Assembly (NCBI GenBank): GCA_043228905.1
Contig: JBHGNT010000010.1
Coordinates: 20,150,001 to 20,214,000, forward strand
Direction: 5' to 3'
Source: Azolla caroliniana
Taxonomy: Eukaryota > Plantae > Polypodiophyta
Length of the DNA stretch: 64,000 nt
This document shows, piece by piece, positions 13,501 through 27,520 of the stretch. Within the stretch, counting starts at the first letter, position 1, and each line of letters starts with the position of its first letter. The position numbers and the translations under genes are program-made. Under the pieces are notes generated by a model. That model saw only the letters and a program-made list of their open reading frames with translations. It was not told the origin of the DNA and did not search any database.

Positions 13501-16356
13501 TAAGGGTCAATCCTACTGTTGAGCAATCTTGGTCATTTTAAAGATGGATAGCACATGAAAATTTTACATAGTTATCTAAAACAAACTTGTCTCCGAATGC
13601 AACCACTTTTGTTGTTGTCTATGGAATAGCTTGGAATGTGTCTATGGAATAGCTTGCAAATTAGTTGACTGTTTTCCTCTACTTTGAAGTACATAGATTT
13701 GTTTCCTCATCCATTGTCTTACACAAGACGGATTGGGAAAAAAATATTTTGTATGTTGTAGTTGTTATGACTCTTTTTTTAACTAATGGAATGATATTTT
13801 ATTTTGGGAAAAAAAACAACCTTGTGGTTGTATGTCTCATTGTTTCCAATAGACGATAACGGTGCCCTTTAAAAGGGAATAATATGTACATATAAAATTT
13901 GAGGTTTGCACAATAGATGCATTATTTTGTTAAATAAACTGAAAACTCAAAAACGGGGTTGGTTTGCTTACCATTTGAGATGTGTGAATCATGAATTTCA
14001 ACATTTTTGGTGTTTTGGAGGTGGATGCCATCAGTATTGGGGCTATTGGCAGGGGCATTGATACTGATATTCTTGACAGTGATGCCAACACAACTATCAA
14101 ATTTGAGGTGGGTTTGGGGACTATTCCGAATGTGGATATTTTGAACAGTGATATTGTTACTTTTATAGAATCGAAGGGCCTAACCAAAACCAAGGGAAAA
14201 GATTAAACCAATTGTTAGATGTTGGGAACTTGTGTGAAATGGAAGGTTGTGGTATAAAATCATGGGGTAACAAAGGAGCTTACTGTGGGGCGAGCAGAGT
14301 ATTGTGTACCCTGGTAACAAGAGTATTAAAGTTTATTAAATAGGGGAAAATTACTTTATAATTAGTATTGAAAAGTTCTTGTACGACACTTCTCGACTAA
14401 TATAAGAAACTTACTTTGTTTTGCCATAAACGCTACATTTTGTGCTTAGAAAGCAAAATGTATTATATCAAGCTAGGTGTGATATCCAAGGAGCAAGTGG
14501 TTGATGATCTTATTTTCTCGACTAGGTATAATACACCTTACCTTTTGAAGCACATGGTGTTGAACAATATGAAGAAAAATTTGTTCTAGTATTTAAACAA
14601 TGCAGTATCTCATGTCATACATAGAGAGCAACTTCAATCAATCCCTCATAAGTCAAAATGTTTGGCAATTAGATCTCCAAGGAGAAGATAACGATGTAAT
14701 GACCTGGGAGCTAGAGAAAGCTGACCACCAAGGGGCACCATTGCCATTGATTGTACCACGACCGATGACTAGCATCTGGTGAAGCTTGGAGAAGGTGATC
14801 CATTGGACTAGTCCTTTTGTGGTGCTCCCCCATTTGCTAGGATTGTTGGGTGCCACAATATCCCCATCTATCTGTAGGTCATGGCAATTGTGCATGTAAA
14901 AGAATAGAAAAAAATGGATCATGGAGCAAATTACAATCTAGCATACAAATACACACAATCACCATAACAAAGGGTGATACAACTCAAACATCAGAATTAC
15001 TTTGCTCATCACATCATCCCATTTACTTTTAGGATCATAAAGGGAGACGTGTTCATGGACATAATCGATCGTGCAAATTGTCCACATGCTAGAAACAAAT
15101 TGCACACATGTTTTATTGTTACTAGCATCCATGACTATAAAACAAGAATGATAAACACATCATTCAGATCATAAAGAATGGATGCACCACTCAAAACATT
15201 GCAAACTTTGTTTGGAGGCTCTACGGTTTCTTGGCATTTGCATCATAATCTCCCAATGCACATTCTTTGCCTTCATGCAAGTCCCCCTCTTTATAAGTAT
15301 ATGACATTCCATGTGCATAATTAAGTGTTTTGTAGTGTATCTGTAATCATGTGCTTGTGTGGCTCCTAATACACATTACACTAGCACTATTAATAGCATG
15401 TGTAGTCAAATTGTAATAACCTTTGTCAATATAAGTAGTGATAACAATACCTTAAAGATTATGTTGGTCGCACAAGGTCCTACAAATTTTATTGGACGGA
15501 TGATGAAATTAAAATATTGAGGCACTTGAAAGATCGCAAATTCCACTTGACAAGCCTCTTGCCACGTCGCAAGGAATGCCTGCGTAATACAAACATTTTT
15601 ATTATGCTAGTATTAGCATTTTATGGTATCAAATATCGATGTTCCCATCAGTGATCCACAACCTTACCTCCCTCGTCACATTGCAACAACTCATTAGATC
15701 TTTTGTCTTCAATATTAGCTTATTTTAACCATTTATATCTCTTTCGGCACCCAATCTACTATCATATTTGGGCCTACCCCTAACATTAATTTGGTTTCTA
15801 ATGCACAAGTACTTGCTCATAGCATTAATATTCCACTAAAATGCTTAAGTTATGAACTTCTACATGGGGTACTACAAACCCGGGACGACACCTTCATCCA
15901 AGGGTAAGGCTTTCATGGCCCGAGATACCTAAATATGTATATCTTGTCGTGCATAGATAAGTTCAATGTGTTAAAACTTAGGCCCAAACCCATGGATGTT
16001 GTTGGGAACTATAGATTGAAAATAGACAATACTTATGTGTACATCTTACTTGCCTTTGTATCATCCGCCTCTCCATCTCCAATGGCTCCATATGACAACA
16101 CATTGAATATCTTAGTAGAAGGAGCATGAAAACTTTTTTCTTTCATCCTCTTTACTCCTTGGAATTTTCCACCTTGTTTGGTCTCTTGCTTTGTTTGATG
16201 ATGAGTCTTCCTTGTGTGACCTACATCATTCATGTAACTAGAACTATGTCCCTTGTATAGCTCGTTATGAATGTCTAAATGTGTAGAGGCTGCACTCTTC
16301 TCAACCATATTTAAATCCATCATGACCAAGAGATACAAAAGAATTTCAACGGTCAT
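10530..16356 (-). CDS. Polygalacturonase (glycoside hydrolase family 28), 8 exons, 489 aa
   Basis: Exons (minus): 16356-16054, 15579-15451, 14871-14704, 14310-14284, 14179-13972, 12423-12342, 12249-12141, 10973-10530. Total 1470 nt, in frame. All four GH28 motifs are present (SPNTDG, GDDC, GHGIS, RIKT), plus N-terminal FNVLSYGAIGDG..DDT. The 208/82/109-nt exon series is typical of plant PG genes. Intron 1 donor is GC. Confidence 0.93.
11254..11409. repeat. Tandem duplication, 2 x ~77 bp, in PG last intron
   Basis: GAATTCACATGTGCCATATTCTC.TTGT.TAGCA.CATACATATATGAATATATA...AGATTATATCTAGGAAAGA occurs twice. Confidence 0.9.
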
Positions 16357-16659
16357 GATTATGCCTTTTAAGTTAATGAATTGATGATCATATAGAAATT
16401 AGTGCATCTTCAAATGGGGCTATACAAAATCCATGAGAAATGAACTCAAACCATAGCTTAATCATGCCTATAGCAATAGCAGAATTAGAGTTTGTGTTGT
16501 GTGTAAGATGGAGAAAGAAGAGGAATTATAGGAATATCTAAGGAAGAATGATTGGACTTGAACTTGAAGAAACTTAAGTTTGGAATGAATTGTGGGATCA
16601 ACGTGTGAGGATGTCTCATGATGTGAATGTTATATAAATAATAGGGTCGTGACTCGTGA

Positions 16660-16998
16660 ACCATGGTCATGCCAAAAGGCTTGTGCTAAATGAGAAGGAG
16701 AAAATAAGGTAGTGCATTTCGTGCAAATCTCGAGGAAGAGGGAAACGAGGAAGAGTTATAGATATAGACCCTCCTTCCAATATGCATACTTCATTTTCTA
16801 ATATAATCCTAGGATGTGACCATGTCAAAAGGCTTCAGATAATCGAGAAAGAGAAAAAGGTGGTGTCTTTTTTGCAAAGCTCGAGAAAAGGGGAAATGAG
16901 GAAGAGCTATAAGTGGAATTCATGGCACCATTATTTATGATTCATTTTCTAATATAATCATTGGAATTGATATGTATCATTTGTTTTCTAATGTAATC
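16660..16998. repeat. Diverged ~150 bp duplication upstream of the PG start
   Basis: CATG.CAAAAGGCTT...GAGAA.GAGAAAA..GGT.GTG...GCAAA.CTCGAG...GAGGAAGAG.TATA occurs twice, and TTTTCTAAT.TAATC three times. Confidence 0.7.
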
Positions 16999-19900
16999 TT
17001 GTTGTTCTTGCGGAAATATTAAAAACAACATCAGAAAAGAGTATGGAGGAGGGACTAATAAGTAACCTAACACTTTCAAGCAGAAGAATGGGATGAACAT
17101 GTGAACGATGGATGATAAATAAATAATTGGATCATGATCGTGCCTTATAATGTTGAGCTACTTGTATGCACAAACATTGTTGGTAGTTGATTTGTGTGTG
17201 GGCCAAGCTCTCCCTCTACATTTTAACAAGTAATGGGTAATAAATTTAAGACTAATTAAAACATCAACACGCTTGTTTTCATGCTTTAACATTATTTACC
17301 ATGGGTAGCTCTTATATTGTAATCTTATGGCATCTAATGAGACTAGAATTTAGCAACATTTAGTATTGGTATTAGAGTTATACTCGATGGGATAATCTTT
17401 GTGTTTAGCATACATGTAGCGAGGAACCAAACATCAAACTCAAAAAACCCACAAAATTCCACTTCACATGTTTTGTATGAGATAGCTACATACTGCTTTC
17501 TTGATAATATTTTCATTCAATCAGTGAGAACTAAGAACAATTATAATCACAAAGTTTTCATTCCACATACTGATGTTTTTTATAAGTCATATGGGCAAAT
17601 ATCAAGATAAATGTGCACCACACCCATAGAAAGGTTTCAAATTATTGAGTTACTTACATATGTATGAATAGCCTTGTGTGCTCTCATTTTTTATGAAAGA
17701 CATACTATACATTAATAGATTTCACAAGGTACTCTTCCCATGTATTACATGTTGCATTTGTAGAGAACAAGAAGCACAATGTTGAAAGAATCAGGAACCA
17801 TCCTCAATTATATATTGTACAATTTTAGAGAAATAGGATGCTCACAAAAGTCATGTCTAGCATCACCCAATGCTACATTGATAAATTAGAAGGCACATTT
17901 ACTTCTAATGACATGGTTAAATGTTTCATGCTTTTGAAGATATCATGTTACAATGCTTTTGAACACCCGTACATGGCTTATCCATAATACGTTCAACAAC
18001 ATACCCATAGAAAAACACACCAAATTACAAAAACAGAAAACAAAATGCTTAATCAAAAGTAAAATACATACCATATGGCTCATCCCTACTTTTTACGGAT
18101 GACTAAAAATGTAGACATTGCATCAAACATTATTTTTCCTAGGCTAAGATCCACATCACATATACTATTATTGGACTCTCAATGTCATTTCATTATTGAT
18201 GTGTCAAAGGCATTATTGTACTTGAAACTAGATATAGTTCAATATTAATTAGTAAATAATTGTTGAACTCTAAACTATCAATTGTCTTGTAGCACATGTT
18301 TAAAGAAAATGGAATTTGTCATTCAAGATCCTCTTTTGTTGCAATGCATCTTAGTGGAGCTCACTTTTTTCTCTTGATAAATACTAGATTTTTGGGCATA
18401 TTGTTAAAGTGAGAACATCAAGAAGGAAGTTAGAAGAATAGCAAATTAGGAAATCAATCATATGCCACCAATCACATCACAAAGATGGAGAACTAAAGTC
18501 TTGTTCCCAATACAACAAACTACACACCTACATTAGTCAACTAGTTTTTTACAATTGGAGATTCAATTTATGCTTCCTTGCATGGTACTTTGTTTATAAT
18601 AATACGAAATATGCCTAATCTTTTCCACTACCAAAGTGATAATAACTTATATTCATGACCCACTAGCTCTATCATGCTTAAAATTATAGTACAATTGTTT
18701 GTGTTATTAGGCACTAAATATGCATATACTTCCCATTATTCAGAATATTGATGGCTAAATTGCATGTGGTATGGGTATGCTAACAATATATAAGGTTCTC
18801 TTCATGAGTTTGCCTAAATTTTAGTACTACAAATAATGGTGTTCAATTGATGAAGTTCATTTAGGCTTCACACTACCATTTTCTTTTGTTGACCTAAGGT
18901 ACATGCCATTTAGAGTCCTAAAATTTCAAGTTCCATGACTATTGGTAGGCACGCCATCAACATTTGTTTTATCTAAGTGAAAACAATGTGGTGTGAAAAA
19001 ATAATGAGATCAATCTTTATCGTAATGAAGACATTTATCGTAGCTTAAGATAATAGTGAATTAGGCAAATATATGTTATGTCAACACTCACAAATGTATA
19101 TCAAAGATGGGGAGCTATACTCTTAATAAGTTTGGGTATGTCATTCAATGTAACATGATTTGAATCAATTGCTCCAATCAAAATACTATGTGCAATTGAC
19201 AATGGTTATTATTGTCCACACTTGTCACTATATAGAGGTGATTTGACATTAGAGACAAATTTTTAACAAAGGATTACTTGAGTACTAAAGTATTTTCTAT
19301 GCGCAATGGGAACTGATTATATATTATTGATTAGCGTCTTTCGTACTCAAGTTAGAGTGTATCAATTGGCCAATAGGTTGGGAACCCTATACTAATCAAT
19401 GTATACATTAGGTTACGAGTCATGTACATTGTTCGGTGGGTGCATAAAGACAATTTTTAGATCTTGACAATGGGGTTGTTGCCATGACATACACTATACT
19501 TGGAAATAAACAACTCACAATTACGGTCCCTAAAGTAATAAGGTTTCAAACCTAAATCTCATTAATATTCTAATGTCTTAACTTTGCCACTCTAGATATT
19601 ATAAAATGGCAGAATCGTAATGACATGGTTTTGCATGGTGTGTGTAACTCATAAGAAAGGACACTAACTTATAAGGCTAGCTCGGCGCTTGATAAAGAAT
19701 ACACAGCCATATTCTGAGTGGTTAGCAAAATTGACAACTTATTAAATATGAAGGAAAGACAAAAAGTGTGCCAACTCTATGAATTCTGAAATGGGAAGAT
19801 TGCCTTGGAAATAGTGATGTTTCAAAAACTCATGATAAATCATTACAACTCCTCAATATTTAGTTTATTTAGTTGTACATTCATATTGTGAGTCAAGCAC

Positions 19901-20419
19901 TCCACATTTGCTTTATGATTAACCTAAAAAACATCGAATTTCCCGCATCAAATGTAAACAAACATAGATAGGTGAAATGCCATTTACTATATGGTCTCGG
20001 AATAAAGATTGTATAGATGATTAGGATCAATTTTTTGATGGTGGGTTTTTCACCAAATGTAACTTTGAGTGTGGGTTGTTTTGATTGGGGGTTGTTCATT
20101 AAAAGTAATCTAATATATGTAGCGTGGATTAGGGGTTGTTCATTGATTGCAACTCAAATCTCGTTTATGCTAACATATGGTTGTTAATTGTTGCTCATGC
20201 AACTAGCGTGAACAAGGCCATGATATGTATAACTAGGTATTATGATACATGCTAGGGTAGGAAATAAAATTCCCTTGTTAAACTACGGCTACCTATTTAC
20301 GTTGAAAGTAGACATTCGTTTATCAATTAATAATTTTCCTATAAGACCACACAATGGGATGGAGACCCGCCAAAGCATATAAAAATCGACCACTGCAACA
20401 GAGAGGGAGAGGGAGATAA

Positions 20420-20755
20420 TAAAAAGACATTTTTTAACTATTAAATCTATTCTCTTCTATTATGTTATGTTGTATTGAACAGAACATGAGCTCCATGTAT
20501 ATGGCAAACTATGAATGGTATAGATAATGCAGGAGTGGCCGTTGTAGCTATAAAAGGTTAACTTGAAGGACTAATTCTAAAGCTAATTAAAAAGACATTT
20601 TTTAACTATTAAATCTATTCTCTTCTATTATGTTATGTTGTATTGAACAGAACATGAGCTCCATGTATATAGCAAACCATGAATGGTATAGACAATGCAG
20701 GAGTGGCCATTGTAGCTATAAAAGGTTAACTTGAAGGACTAATTCTAAAGCTAAT
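20420..20755. repeat. Recent tandem duplication, 2 x 168 bp
   Basis: 20420-20587 and 20588-20755 are near identical, with about 4 visible differences, all transitions. Confidence 0.95.
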
Positions 20756-22213
20756 TTTAATGGGTTGAGGGTAGGATGCTTGGTAAACCAATTATCCTAA
20801 GAAATAGGACCAAAACCATAAGGACGGATGACATGTGGGAACATGTTGTGGTCTAGGCATTGCATTATGTAAGGGGATTAACACTATCATTCATTACAAC
20901 AACTTCAAACATTGTTGAGATGCTATTTGTTATTTAACTACCAAGGCATAACATAAGATAATATTTGGTGGCACTAGACACCAAGGAATTTTATGTCTCT
21001 CATGTGCTTCGCTAATCGATGGTCAATTTGGTTAAGCACCCTCAATCCATTATTTTCTTTAAATCCCTTTCCACATTTTAGAGTGCCATTCAAAAAATCA
21101 ATGAGAACCCACATTGGCCTCAACATTAAAGCAATATACAATGACTAGGAAACCTCATTCATCCTCGCCAAACTGAACCTAACAACAAAACATGTCAATA
21201 CAATTCCAATGTGGAGACTATGGTAGTGGTGTTTTGCCTATAAAAGCAAATGTCTCTAGAAAGGGCAAGACTAGGAACTCACACTGTAGAACCTAGTACC
21301 CAAAAGACAAGCTTCACCTTATACAACTAAAAATGTGCTCAAGTTGGATAGTTTCCCAAACTTGATCACACCTTTATATATGCAATGATAAAAATTTGGA
21401 ATGTACAAACACTTTGCCAAGGTATTTAAAAGACAACACCCAAAGCTGAAATTCAACTATATAAGAGTCACAAAAAAAACCTCACCTCTGAGATTTGGCA
21501 AAGATGAGGGAAGATGATACATGTCACTCACAAACATAGTGACAACACATAGGCAGATTATAATAGGGCTTCCGCAAATCTAACATACAGTTTCCATCTA
21601 TAAACTGTATTCTTGCAACTATATGTTCTTTCCAGAAACTTTTGCATCAATGTTCAGAATAAACAATAACAATTCAAATGCATACTTGGTGCATTTAACA
21701 CGGATCCAAATGAAGCAAAATTTCTTAGTAAAAACATCATATAAAGTTATGACATAATCAAAATTACAGCTGCGAAAACGCAAATAGTTCGGCCGGTTCA
21801 GAGATGTGATGTGTAAAAAAAATGCAGGTTTCTTGTCACATCTTTTGAAATGTACTGCATTAATCTCTTTGGGATTGGAGGTCGAGTTCAATATATTCTT
21901 GCTTTGTCTTTAAAATAGATAATCCAACTTGGCAGAGCTTATTTTCAACAGAATTACTAATCCCTAGAGAGTGCAGCTTTGAAGTCATCTTTTTTATGAA
22001 ACCTTCACCTCACCAATTGAGATGTAAAAGGAATGCAGCTAAACAGTAGAGGAAAACAAATTTCAGCTGAAGGATAAGCAAAAGCCCATTCCCAATTTGC
22101 CAAATTGTTTATGCACTAATAATAGGAATTTAGAAATAAAAGTTTGATATCAACTAAACCACATCAAAACTGCACCTAGCAGCCATCTAACATGACACCG
22201 TAAAGCAATAGAA

Positions 22214-25200
22214 TTACCGAACTTGAACTGCCGAGCACAACAAACCAGATGCATCTGCACCGACCACAGCTAACTCACAAATAGGGCTAATAGTACCAGT
22301 TACCTCTGGCACAAAATGTGCACCAGTATATGGGCATGTGACATAGTTACTCCCCTTGTAGATTGGTGTGAAAGTTGACCCACAAATAGTGAATGGATTT
22401 CTTGGGTCGTAATTGAGCGGATTTTCATCCCTTGGGTTTTTCTCACATGCCGCCAAGACTTGACGAGCTTTTGCAGCAATTTGTTGTGATGGGTTCAGTT
22501 CAAGCAGCCTTCTACAAAATGTAGCAGCTGTAAGGAAGTTCTTTCCTTTGTAAGCCAGGACCATTGCTGAATGCAAACTGAGCTTCAGATGCACACTTTG
22601 AAGATTGCAGTGAGTGAAGTATGCTGCAAGTTCTTGTTGCCGGACTAAATCATCTTTGGTATCTTTCTTCTTCAATTCTATGCGAATTGCAAGAACATAC
22701 TCTTTGCATATTCCTACCAATTCTTTCACTTCGTCGACTTCTTTTCGGCTGTCCACTACAACAAGAGGAATCATATGGAGTATACCCAAAAATATCTTCA
22801 ATGCCTCAGAAAATTTTCCTTCTGTTGTGACTTTATAGCCCATCTTTAGCTTCTCTTCGAGCAGAGGAAGCGTGTAAATTAAGGCAGGTGGATTTCGTAC
22901 ATTGGGTGATAAGCTGTCATTCCAGCCTTTCTCTAAAGCTAATGGAATTGCAGGAATTGATGCAAATCCAGGTATGTATGCGTGACTTGCCAAATAAACA
23001 TCTTGAAACAAAGATCTTAGAGGTGTGAAGTTCTTTATTCCCAGTTGTCTATTCATTAGACGCATTGCAGTATCAAATGCTCCAGCAGCAACATGTTCCC
23101 CTGCCAAAGAAGACCTTTGAGTCCACACTTGGCTCACTGGAACCCCAAGAGAAGGAGTAACAAATAAACCAGACGTAAGTGTTGTAACATTTGCAGTAGC
23201 ACCTACATCAGCTGGAAGTTCAAGATCTTCCATTTCCCATCCTCCCTCTTCATCCTCACCACCACCTCCTTGAACCTCATCACCTTCAACTATAACAGCA
23301 TCACTAACATTCTGACCCTCAGAATCAAGAATTTCTACTTCTTCACCCCAAGCATGAGCAGCATCAGCATCTTCCTCTTCCATCACTGTAGAGTCACCAA
23401 ATGCACCTTCAAAAAGGCCTTTGCTAACAAGCAGCAGAGGCCAATTTCCATCAAGTAGAACAGGGGATGGTGGCAACAGGAGTTCTGACTTCTCAGGGAG
23501 AGATGGAACATTATCTCCAAGATCTTCAGCAATACGACTTGCCACATCCTCAAGTCCATGTACTGAAGCAGTAGCATATGCAAGGGCTAGCTGACCTGAC
23601 TCTTCTAAAATTTTAACCCTTTCATGAATATCACCTAGATAAAGGCTGTTGTGATAGCGACCCATTACGTCGTTTCTCATCTCAGCAATTTTCAGCATTT
23701 TCTTTAGTTTTTCCATGTTTCCTGTAATGAGGTAGAGGAAAGAGAGTCTCTCAAAATTTTTAGTCTTTTGATAGCTGTATTCCACAATCTCATGATTTCC
23801 TTGCCTTAAAGCTTCAACTCCTAGTTTATACCAGTAATCTTTTTCATCAATCTCCTTCGCAGATACTAGGGCAACAGCAATATTCCCCGACTCAATGGCA
23901 AGGTTGAATCGTGTCCTTTCATCTTTAACAAAATGAAGCGCAATATCTGGATAACCTTTTTGTTGAAGATAGGCAATAATAGCTTCCCCACATAGTTGGG
24001 AATTCTTAATCATCTGAATAACTTCATCATATCTCTTTTTTATCAAAGCAAGCTTGAACATGTACTCAGTGGCATCTATCTGCAAGGTGCGTATCTTTCC
24101 ATCACGATCCAAACAGTGTAAAGTACTTCCTGAAACCTTCACTATATAAACTGGCACATCTAAAGTCCTTATGATACCATTGTCCCCATTGGGAAGACAG
24201 TACTTAATATGATTCAGAGTAGCATAGATGAAAACACCCACATTGATTTCATCCCAAGCACCACTTTTCACACGAATTGTTTCGTGTAATGTGCATTTAT
24301 GATCGAGCTTCTTTGATGCAATTACAATAGCATGTTTACTTATCAAAGCTACATTTTCCATATCTGTTGACCAGACCACATACTTGACACTAGGTGTTTG
24401 GATCTCACCTAAGATGGTCCTCTGCTGCACATCAAAGAGAACAATTTGATCCTCTGAACGGCACAACAGATTACCAGTACCAGCAAAGAAAAGAGCATCT
24501 GTTGATGGTAGAGGTAAAGGGCATTTCTTGGTAACTTCATTCTTCAGATTCTTAAGAACAATCTGATTCACAGCCTTATCAATGCTAGCAAACCTATTTC
24601 GCGCTACAAATACTGCACAACCACCCAGGCCTCTTTTTGGTTCTTGACTGTCCCTACCGGATGTATCTTTCGGTATTACATACAATTCATAAGAGCCACT
24701 GTCTACATCTGAGCATATAAGAACAGCATTCTCGGCAGGATTGTAGCTCATTGATCGAGGACCTTGATTCATACCTGTTGTACCTGGCCTTCTGATGGAG
24801 ATCAATGAAGTTTCTTTTGCTGAAGCCAAGTCATAGCTACGGAGATGTCGTTCCTTCACATAGTATAAAGTTCCACCATAAACAGTGTATGCAGGTCTCT
24901 CTCTTTCCAACTTAAAGACAATCATACCACTATCATGACCAGCTGCCAAAAGGTTCATCTCAGGATGGGCTGCAAGCACCCAAAAGCGATCATGCTCTCT
25001 ACGGAAGGTTTGCACGCCAGTTCGCTTTGACATGTCCCAAACTCTAATGCTTTTATCCTCTGAGTTCGACACAATGATATCTTGCCGAGCATGAAACATC
25101 ACACAAGACACATTGTTGACGTGACCACGCAATGTATCTACTTCCCAAGCTTTAGTATCTGATGTGAGCCATCATAAAACATAAGCATAAGTGTTAATGG

Positions 25201-27520
25201 TATCAGTAAACTGGGAATATCTTCCTCAAAATGCACCAAATATATCTTGACGTTTTATCAAAACATTTAACACCAGTTTATTTACTAAATACAACAAATG
25301 CTATAAGATACTACATTCATCTTATCCAAAAGATAGTTTTAACCATATACAATACACAGAACATACAAAAAATAAATCAGAAAGCTACTTTGAACCTACA
25401 ATTCTTTATTATTTCGATCTTCCAAAAATATGAGTAAATGTAAGCTATCTAGAAAAGATTGAAATATATGACCAAATATAAATTACCCAGAAGAGTCTGG
25501 TAAATTGAGACTATAAATAAGCTAGTTTCTCTAGAGCAATCATTTTATGACATAATATCGTTCCATGTGCAAAGCATAGACTTATGAGAATAGAAAGTCT
25601 TCTTATTATTTTTATTTTTCTTTGAAGTGGAGCTTGGCATTCTTTTAGTACCAACACCATACTTATAATAATAACTTGGATTTCTTGAATGAATTGTGGT
25701 TAAGTTAAGAGCATATCACCATTTCTTAGATTAACCTTTATTAAATTTTACTTCATGTACAAAGCATAAAAAATATAACCTTTATAAATAATAACAGATA
25801 TGACTATTTAATTATTAGAAGCATAACTTGGGATGTGGCAATTAGCTACTGCTTCGTATTTGATCCAGTGCTGATGCAAAATATTTTTTCTTGTTGCCAA
25901 ATAGAGTTCTGGCATATCTTAAGCTTGTACAACGCATCTCACTGTTTGCAATGGTATATTTCTAGCAATGCAATAAGTATAAACCATCTTTTTGGTTACT
26001 TTCAATGTAGAGGAGTGTGAAATCAGAATAACTTAGTGAGTACATAATTCTATGCCATCCAGAAATTTCACTCGTCATATCATATCCCTGCCTTATGATT
26101 GTATCAGTAACTCATAATTACCAAAACAAATAAGATAAATGATTACATAAGTGGATGCTGCATAGGAAACAAAATACAGGCTACAAAATTATATCTAGTT
26201 TACAAAATATTTACATACCATTCATTCGCCATAGCTTAACTTGACGATCATCTGCCCCTGACACAATTAATGGCAATGTGGGATGAAATGCAGCCCAATT
26301 GACACCCCTGTCATGTCCCTCGAGCACATACTTTACAACAGCATCACCTCCACCAAAAAGATCACTGTTCATTTGTGTCAACCTCAATATATCTTCGGCT
26401 GGAGACACTGTTTTCTTCCTTAGAGCACTGATATCCCACACTCTAACCGTCTGATCAAGAGATGCTGAGACCACATAGTCTTCTTTCACATGAAATGATG
26501 CACACATCACATAGTGATTATGACCAGTAAGGACAGAAACACAAGTACGAGACTGCCAGTTCCAGATTCTTATTGTCTGATCATCACTGGCACTAACAAT
26601 CCATGGATATTCTTGATGAAATTGTACAGTGCGGATATAATCAAGGTGACCAAGTAGAGTGAATAAGCATCTTCTCAACTTATAATTCCAAACTTTGATC
26701 TTGTAATCATCCCCTACAAATGGATTGAACATTGAAAAATTATAAAATAAAGGTAAACATTTTCTTCAATCTACATTTTGAGCCAGATCTAATTAGTAAT
26801 GCCTATTAATAGTAAAACTACTCAGAATGCAAAATTACTTTCAACATTCCACAGATCTAATACCAATCAGTGTACATTCCAATAATAGAACTACCAAAAA
26901 TATGCAGAGTTGAGATTAATCCTTTCTAAATTGCACATTGCCAGACGGATCTAACTACTTTCAGTGTCTATTCTGTCTAAAACTCAATACAAAAATAAAG
27001 TAGATATTAGTATTGAATATAAAATACAAAATCATTATTGATCCTTTCTATATTCCACATTTTGATCCAGATCTAATGACTATTAGTGTACATACCAGTA
27101 GTAAAACAGCTCAATACAAAATTATGGTGAGTATTTTCTATATATTGCACATTGTGAGCCATATCTAATATATCATTGCATAAGAAGAACCTGAAATGCA
27201 GAGTTAAGGTACAACCTTTTTCCTATATTCCACATTCTGACCCAGATCAAATATATATCCGTCTAAGTTCCAGTATTAAAATAAACTAAAACGTAGAACT
27301 CAAAGAATGTACCTCCAGACACGAAGAGAGGTTGAGATTTATGAAAGTGCACTCCTCGTACAGGGCCTTCATGTTCATCAAACCTATCAATAAGTGTTCC
27401 CATTCGGTAATCCCATAGCTGAATCACTCCACTATGAAGACTAGCCAAGATCCATGGTCTTTGAGGATGAAAACTTAGACCCTTCACACGATTACTTTTC
27501 GTCTCGAATTTGGTCAGCAT
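22214..27520 (-). CDS. COPA: Coatomer subunit alpha (alpha-COP), 3 coding exons, 1215 aa
   Basis: Exons 27520-27313, 26713-26219, 25158-22214 with GT-AG phase-1 introns; total 3648 nt. Diagnostic N-terminus [21 protein letters not shown]40 repeats, acidic linker ([13 protein letters not shown]) and C-terminal [26 protein letters not shown]. Confidence 0.97.
26765..27252. repeat. Degenerate minisatellite (~6 units of ~75-120 bp) filling COPA first coding intron
   Basis: Core TTCTA.ATT(C/G)CACATT.TGA.CCAGATCTAA recurs at ~26770, 26845, 26925, 27045, 27135 and 27220. Confidence 0.7.

Noticed and set aside
12780-13860. Possible LTR or Helitron remnant in the long PG intron
   Set aside because: No clear termini, TSD or helicase motifs.
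13991-14206. Plus-strand ORF over PG exon 5, and similar antisense ORFs over COPA, SAC9, CLPP4 and the LINEs
   Set aside because: Shadow frames of real minus- or plus-strand coding sequence.
17560-19500. Coding-like, CpG-depleted stretch suggestive of an old TE
   Set aside because: No diagnostic motif could be read with confidence.
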